From: a virus
Lineage: Duplodnaviria > Caudoviricetes
Direction: 5' to 3' (one strand)
Virus record (IMG/VR): IMGVR_UViG_3300032227_000383
Location: 1-51,215 of that record
DNA: 51,215 nucleotides
The position numbers were made by a program, and so were the translations under genes. The notes beneath the pieces were generated by a model. It did not search any database, had not been told where the DNA came from, and was given only the letters and a program-made list of their open reading frames with translations. Shown here piece after piece: positions 46,046 to 51,215 of this stretch (within the stretch, counting starts at the first letter, position 1; each line of letters opens with the position of its first letter).

Positions 46046-46962
46046 TATTTCACATCCTTCAGCCAGCCGATGCCCATCTTCGGGACACGCTTTTTAATGG
46101 GGCCACCGTCTTTCTTACCAGTAAAGATATCAGCAATCGTACCAGCCGCACCAGCCAGAGCGCCAATCGTCTGGGCTGTCGTGTTCGGGCCGGGGGCGGT
46201 TTGAGTCTTGGTGCCAGCTCCGCTAGCGCTTGGCTGCCCAACAAGGTCGATGTATTTCTTTGCCTCGTTGTAATCATAATCGCGCTGATCTTCGAAGTCC
46301 GACCGTAGCAGACTAAGTGCAGCCTGCTCTTGCAACTGCCGCTGACGCCCAGCCGCTTCAAGCGCCGCCGCATCCTTACCAGCCATGCCCTGAATGCTTG
46401 CGCCAAGCGCTGCGGCCTTGTCTGCAGCCGATAGATAGCGATCAGCTTCGGTGTTGAACTGCCCCATGCCCTTTTCGTAACCCTCACGCAGGGCCTTGTT
46501 CTGTTCAGCAAGCGCCAGCGCATTCGCATCGCGCACCGCACGCGCCGTGAACTCAGCGCTGCGGCTGCCGCCAAACGTACCGCCGCCAACGAAGGTGCGG
46601 TTCACCTGAGGCAGCAGGTTCTCATAGAGATTGCGACCCGCTGCGGATCCAATCCCAGACACGACGTTTTCCGTGTACGGGTTCATGTACTGAGCCACGA
46701 CGCCGGGATCGGTGAAAGATTCGGTTCCACTGGAAATATAATTCCCGGCAGCATTGACGTAGGGCTTATAGTTCCCGACGTTCTTGGAAACCATTTCGTA
46801 AGCTTGAAGCTGCTGCGGCGTGAAAGCGGCAATGCGCGGGCCAGCGGTGTACTTCTTATAGCCCTGACCGACGGATTCACCGGCCTTAGTGAGAGCCTTG
46901 GTATAGGCGTCAACAAGCCACTGAGGGAGACTAGTCTCTGTGACGGTTTTTGTGTCTGCCAT
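46045..46962 (-). CDS. Putative DNA pilot/ejection protein
   Basis: Y..GPRIA.F...Q; YMNPY...V; FGGSR; IGALAGAAG hydrophobic tail. Confidence 0.7.
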   Translation of the reverse strand: MADTKTVTETSLPQWLVDAYTKALTKAGESVGQGYKKYTAGPRIAAFTPQQLQAYEMVSKNVGNYKPYVNAAGNYISSGTESFTDPGVVAQYMNPYTENVVSGIGSAAGRNLYENLLPQVNRTFVGGGTFGGSRSAEFTARAVRDANALALAEQNKALREGYEKGMGQFNTEADRYLSAADKAAALGASIQGMAGKDAAALEAAGRQRQLQEQAALSLLRSDFEDQRDYDYNEAKKYIDLVGQPSASGAGTKTQTAPGPNTTAQTIGALAGAAGTIADIFTGKKDGGPIKKRVPKMGIGWLKDVK

Positions 46963-49115
46963 TACGCTTGCCCTCCAACGGCTTTAAGCATTGTATCTAT
47001 GCCCTTCTGGGGCTTTGCAATCTTTTTTACATCCTTGCGGCCTGCCTGCCGACGAACCATCTGACGCATCTTATCTAGGCGGCGAACCCCCTCATCGGTC
47101 GAGCCATCGCCCAGATCGGCAACATCCTGCGCGCTCCAGACGTATTCGCCATCTGAGAGCCATGCCGGAATAAGATCTTCCTGACCGCTGCCAATGCCCG
47201 TTACCTTGCCCGGACCTTGGTGACCACCGCCTTTCCGATACTCGACAAGATGCTTTACCATGTCATCGTTGATTTCACCACCTTCTTTCCGTCCGGGCGC
47301 GGCGGCTGGGGTGGTAACAGGAGCTGCGACAGGATTGGCCCGCGAACGGGTGAAGAATTCGTACTCAGTCTCTTGATCGCCGCCAGCAATACCATAGGTT
47401 GTCGGCGTGTATGGATAGCGACCGCCGACTCCATCAACGGCGCCAATGCCACCGTCCGGGATTGTTGGGGTCAGCACATTTGGGTTGAGTGTGAGGCCGG
47501 GGCCGCTGTTACCGCCACCGCTACTGCCGCCATCGCTGCCGGAGCCAGCAACTGCGCCTGCAACTGCGGCCACGGCACCAACAATCTTGGACGCATCCTT
47601 GGCAATGTCGAGGATTGATTTGTCGTCCTTATCAGCCTCTTCTTCTGCGACCTCCCGCTGGAAGTCATCGCTGTTAATGAGATCACCGACATCCGTCATA
47701 TTGGTTGAGAGGGGCCCGCCGCCAATGCCAGCCGTGTCCTCGCCGCCCTCAACGACAATCTCATCCACAGCGGTGTCAGCACCAGTGTCGACGTTGGTGT
47801 TCGTGTTTGTGTTTAAAGGAATATCTGGTCCACCAATGCCAGCTATATTTTCAGTGCCCTCAACAACGATATTATCCACAGCGGTATCGGTGTTGGTATC
47901 GACGTTGGCGTTCGTGTCGGTGCTGATGGGGGTGGTGCCACCAATGCCAGCCATATTGCCAGTGCCCTCAACAACGATATTATCCACAGCGGTATCGGCT
48001 TCCGCATCATCAGCAGGCACATCCTGAACTTCAGGAATGTCGTTAACCTCAAGAGAAAGAGGGTCTAGATTGGAGAGTCCCGGAACCGTAATGAGCCCCC
48101 CAATGCCCGGCGTCGACCCGGCGGTAACCACAATTTCGCCAGCGGAATCCGTGGCTGAAGACCTTGGAGGAGTGTTCGAGGTCGGGCCGGAGAAGCCAAT
48201 GCCGGGGGTGACATTGCCGGTGACCACAATTTCGCCACCGCCACCGCCACCGCCACCGCCACCGCCGCTGCTGCTGCCGCTGCTAATTCCGCCATCGCCC
48301 TTGAGTAGGTCTTTAATTTCAGGTGCAAGCGCCGTGGTAACTCCAGATATCACGCCAGACTTGATTGCATCTCCAAGATCCTGACCCGTCAAAAGCCCGG
48401 CTGTTGTTGAGCTAAGGCCTGCGCCAAGCGCCTTGCCGACCGTTGCTGAGGCCGTGTTTAGACCCTTGTTAATTATAGGGCCAAGCTTATCAGCGCCGAG
48501 AACTGGGGCTGCCGCCATGACGCCAGCTTTAATTGCATCCTCAAGGCTGCCGCCCTGAGCGATGGTAAAAGCAGCGGCGGTGCCGCCCGCTGCGGCCATC
48601 TGGGCTGGCAGTGACCACCCTCCCGTGGCCGCAGCAACGCCGATCTGCGCGGCGACACTGAGAACTTGAAGCCCAATTTGAGCGGTGGTCAGGTTTACCT
48701 TCTCATGGGCAACGGAATTAAACCCTGCATTTCCGCCATATTGCTCAATACCCGGCGTGTTAACCATGATATCCCATGTCGCCTTATTCCCGCCCGTGTC
48801 CGACAGGCCCTGAGCAACCTCATTCGCCTTTGCGGCGGCGTCATATCCGATGCCTGAATAAACAACCTTACCCGTCGCGTTGTCGACAACGATGACGGCG
48901 CTATCCGGAGTGACTTCGTAGATGTTGTTCCTATTGAGCGTGGACGTCGCATTGCCCTTATTCGATAGCGGGGCTGTGAACGACCGCGTCTCGCCGCCAT
49001 AAACACCAGCGCCACTGACGGGGCCAACACTTCCAATGCCAGCCAAGTTTAGATTGGACGGATTGAACGCATAAAGAGAGGCGAGGTCTGCGTCAGAAAT
49101 TCCTGCAATCGCCAC
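46962..49115 (-). CDS. Putative DNA pilot/ejection protein with TM-like Gly/Ala segments and IVV repeats
   Basis: C-terminal G.G.G..D.IPA.LSDGEYV..A..V..LG.GS...G...L domain; five IVV-GIG repeats. Confidence 0.7.
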   Translation of the reverse strand: MAIAGISDADLASLYAFNPSNLNLAGIGSVGPVSGAGVYGGETRSFTAPLSNKGNATSTLNRNNIYEVTPDSAVIVVDNATGKVVYSGIGYDAAAKANEVAQGLSDTGGNKATWDIMVNTPGIEQYGGNAGFNSVAHEKVNLTTAQIGLQVLSVAAQIGVAAATGGWSLPAQMAAAGGTAAAFTIAQGGSLEDAIKAGVMAAAPVLGADKLGPIINKGLNTASATVGKALGAGLSSTTAGLLTGQDLGDAIKSGVISGVTTALAPEIKDLLKGDGGISSGSSSGGGGGGGGGGGEIVVTGNVTPGIGFSGPTSNTPPRSSATDSAGEIVVTAGSTPGIGGLITVPGLSNLDPLSLEVNDIPEVQDVPADDAEADTAVDNIVVEGTGNMAGIGGTTPISTDTNANVDTNTDTAVDNIVVEGTENIAGIGGPDIPLNTNTNTNVDTGADTAVDEIVVEGGEDTAGIGGGPLSTNMTDVGDLINSDDFQREVAEEEADKDDKSILDIAKDASKIVGAVAAVAGAVAGSGSDGGSSGGGNSGPGLTLNPNVLTPTIPDGGIGAVDGVGGRYPYTPTTYGIAGGDQETEYEFFTRSRANPVAAPVTTPAAAPGRKEGGEINDDMVKHLVEYRKGGGHQGPGKVTGIGSGQEDLIPAWLSDGEYVWSAQDVADLGDGSTDEGVRRLDKMRQMVRRQAGRKDVKKIAKPQKGIDTMLKAVGGQA
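47720..48233 (-). repeat. Five [DEN]IVV[TE][GA]-x4-GIG repeats; two are a near-exact DNA duplication 108 nt apart
   Basis: EIVVTG 48216-48233, EIVVTA 48120-48137, NIVVEG 47964-47981 and 47856-47873, EIVVEG 47745-47762. Confidence 0.9.
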
Positions 49116-49117
49116 GT

Positions 49118-49354
49118 CTATTCCCCTTGACTCAAAGCTTCATTGAACAGCATGACCCACTCACGCCAATCATCAAACATATACGTACTGGGCGCTCCGG
49201 TCTGAGCTATCCCGTTAAGCGCCAATATCCCAGATCCCCAGATTTTCCAATCGTCTCCGGGCATGAACTGCGTAATAACGCCATATTGCTCCAGCAAAGG
49301 GTAGCTGAAGTCTGCCCAGAGGTCGAACGTGGGTATGCCGTGTGGATCAATCAT
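49118..49354 (-). CDS. Small Trp-rich virion protein
   Basis: DP......WA...W..W.....P..Y.FDDW.EW motif; follows tail hub gene. Confidence 0.65.
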   Translation of the reverse strand: MIDPHGIPTFDLWADFSYPLLEQYGVITQFMPGDDWKIWGSGILALNGIAQTGAPSTYMFDDWREWVMLFNEALSQGE

Positions 49355-50955
49355 GACTGGTAACGACGATCTGTCGACTCAATGTGCGCGATAACATCAC
49401 CCATCTGATAGTTCCCACCAACCGTGTTGCTGACAAATTTAAAGCGCAGTTCGCGGCGCTGCTCCTTGAAGAACACCTGTTGCTCTTCCGGTGTGTTGGC
49501 CACAGCCGGGAAGAAGCGAACCTCTGAATTAACCTCAGGCGCGCGGGCGTTGATACGGCCCGTGATCTGCACGGACATGTCGCCGGTCTGCACGAAGTCG
49601 GGCTCAATCATACTGATGCGGATCGCGGCATTGTTTGGCGTCTCTGCGGTAAGGTTGCTGACGTCGCCTGTTTCGAAATAGCTCTCGATTGCGTTGATTG
49701 ACGTGCCATCAATTTCATCGCTGCCAACTTCATGGCGCCAGATTTTATAGCCGTTGTAGCCAGTGTCGGTGATGCGCTGGTTATCATCCTCTGTGATGCG
49801 GAGGTCACTAGCCTCCGTTATGCGAGGCGAGCCATCAATCGGCAGCACTGGTAGGATGCCAGCCATGACGGGAGAATGAAACACCTGCGCATAAATGCCG
49901 GCTGAGCGACCGTCGTTGGGAAGCTCAGTATCGTACCATGTGTTTTCCCGGACGTTGTAAACCACCGCGTGCGTGCATTCCGTTGCCGAGCCGCGTGGAT
50001 AGCACCACCAGATCTCGCCGTAGCGCGGAACCTTGTATGCAAATACCTTGTTCGACTGCTCCTCATTGAGGCCGTCAAAAAAGTAATTGATGTTCAGATC
50101 GTTTGGAACCTCACGCACGACGCCGTTGTACATCAGGAAGCGGTCAATGCCGCACCAGTAATAGATGCCGTCATACTCGATGACGCTGTTGGCAGAGAGG
50201 ATCGATGAGGACGAGCTGATCGTGTCGAACGAGAAGACGTCCGTGCCGCCTGTGTAACTTGCACGGATGATGCTATCGAGCGTCCAGAACAGGCCAGCAG
50301 GCGTCTGACCACCGCCGCGCAGAGGCAGGCCCTTCACCACCTTGGACGCTGAGATGAACGCATCACCCGCATCGCCAGTCGTGAAGTTGGTTGGGTCGTT
50401 GGCGTCAGACCATTTGACGAGGCCGTTCGTGCCAAAGGCAAACAGGTAAGGATGCAGCACGCAGACGCCACCTGATACTGTCAGGCCTGAGATGGCCGTG
50501 AGAGCAGTCGTCGCGTAAATGTTCCCGATGTAGACCTGCTTTGCATCCGCGTTCGAAATGTCGTTTGCCGTATTGGTGGCAACGCCAATGATCACTGAGC
50601 CCCCGCCAGCGCCATCGTTCATGGCATCGAACGACCACATGTAATTGTCGCCACCGGAATACCCGGATGGGGTGCGGACCACTGGCGCGCTGGCATTGCC
50701 GAGCGAGTCAATCGTCATCGTCTGAAGTCCGTCGCCATAGCCCATGTGGGTGTACACGAAGTTGTTCAGGGCCTGCGTGTGGAACTGGCGAACGACACCC
50801 AAGGCGAAGTTGCTGATCTGACGATAGCCACCCATCTTCCTTGGCAGGCCACGCTGAAAACGGCACCACTGACCATCAACGTAGTTCGCGCCTTCGAACT
50901 TCGTGCCATCCCGCTTGATGCCGGGCTTAGACCTTATGTTGATGGGGGTGAGCAT
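49351..50955 (-). CDS. Tail hub/nozzle protein (P22 gp10 / tail tubular B-like)
   Basis: PGI.RDGT; Y.DG.W.RF.RG.P.KMGG; KWSD; YW.G.D.F..Y.G.V; EIWW.YP.G...EC...V.YN..E..W. Confidence 0.75.
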   Translation of the reverse strand: MLTPINIRSKPGIKRDGTKFEGANYVDGQWCRFQRGLPRKMGGYRQISNFALGVVRQFHTQALNNFVYTHMGYGDGLQTMTIDSLGNASAPVVRTPSGYSGGDNYMWSFDAMNDGAGGGSVIIGVATNTANDISNADAKQVYIGNIYATTALTAISGLTVSGGVCVLHPYLFAFGTNGLVKWSDANDPTNFTTGDAGDAFISASKVVKGLPLRGGGQTPAGLFWTLDSIIRASYTGGTDVFSFDTISSSSSILSANSVIEYDGIYYWCGIDRFLMYNGVVREVPNDLNINYFFDGLNEEQSNKVFAYKVPRYGEIWWCYPRGSATECTHAVVYNVRENTWYDTELPNDGRSAGIYAQVFHSPVMAGILPVLPIDGSPRITEASDLRITEDDNQRITDTGYNGYKIWRHEVGSDEIDGTSINAIESYFETGDVSNLTAETPNNAAIRISMIEPDFVQTGDMSVQITGRINARAPEVNSEVRFFPAVANTPEEQQVFFKEQRRELRFKFVSNTVGGNYQMGDVIAHIESTDRRYQS

Positions 50956-50958
50956 CAG

Positions 50959-51215
50959 CTATCCTTGGGGGGCTACTGGCCAGATGACTGAAAACGGATC
51001 AAATTGAAGCGTGATGTCCCGCAAGGCTTGGCGATACTCAGCCCATGCTGTGGCATTAACTGGCGCATCGGGCAGTTGCGTCCAGTCACTGGACGCGAGA
51101 ATGGCATTGCGCTCTTGGCGAACGGCTGCCCACTGCACATTCGGTGCCTCAAATTGCAGCGCCTGCCACGCAGCTAGTTCCGCAGCAGACAGAGGCAACT
51201 CCACACCGTCAACGA
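50959..51215 (-). CDS. Tail fibre assembly chaperone-like protein; 5' end beyond window
   Basis: R.ERN..L..SDWTQL.DAP....WA.YRQALRDIT.Q..P..V.WP; frame stays open to the window edge (VDGVELPL). Confidence 0.85.
   Translation of the reverse strand, partial: VDGVELPLSAAELAAWQALQFEAPNVQWAAVRQERNAILASSDWTQLPDAPVNATAWAEYRQALRDITLQFDPFSVIWPVAPQG

Noticed and set aside
48234-48285. (CCA/CCG)n and (CTG)n microsatellite-like run
   Set aside because: Encodes an in-frame poly-Gly/Ser linker; triplet unit, so not a phase-variation switch
1-51215. Prophage/integration module, tRNA genes, DNA or RNA polymerase
   Set aside because: No integrase, repressor, host genes, cloverleaf or polymerase motifs recognised by eye; they could lie outside the window, and tRNAscan was not run

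Overview
The window is most of the genome of a tailed dsDNA bacteriophage, GC-rich by eye and probably podovirus-like. An alphaproteobacterial host is an inference only. It has three blocks. (1) 1-19.3 kb, minus strand: small and large terminase, portal, two basic 'GG-repeat' proteins, a GroES-like co-chaperonin, scaffold, capsid and decoration proteins, head-tail adaptor, fibres, a ferritin/Dps-like protein, three membrane (holin-like) proteins and a GH19 endolysin cut by the left edge. (2) 19.7-36.0 kb, plus strand: many small early genes, an iteron-rich non-coding candidate origin (21.1-21.7 kb), a split primase/primase-helicase, a DnaA-domain-IV protein, SF2 helicase, VRR-NUC nuclease, YqaJ exonuclease, RecT and an SSB-like protein. 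(3) 36.0-51.2 kb, minus strand: tail chaperone (cut by the right edge), tail hub protein and a cluster of putative DNA-ejection proteins. Blocks 1 and 3 probably join across the window edges, i.e. a circularly permuted assembly. I saw no integrase, DNA polymerase, RNA polymerase, tRNA or CRISPR array. The strongest leads are: an ejection/pilot protein with five TonB-box-like repeats; a 1890-aa polyvalent virion protein combining DdrB-like ParB, GHKL ATPase and HExxH zincin modules; three covarying RNA hairpins in the capsid operon leader; and a shared xxxGG motif in basic, probably capsid-internal proteins. All family calls come from motif recognition by eye, not database searches.
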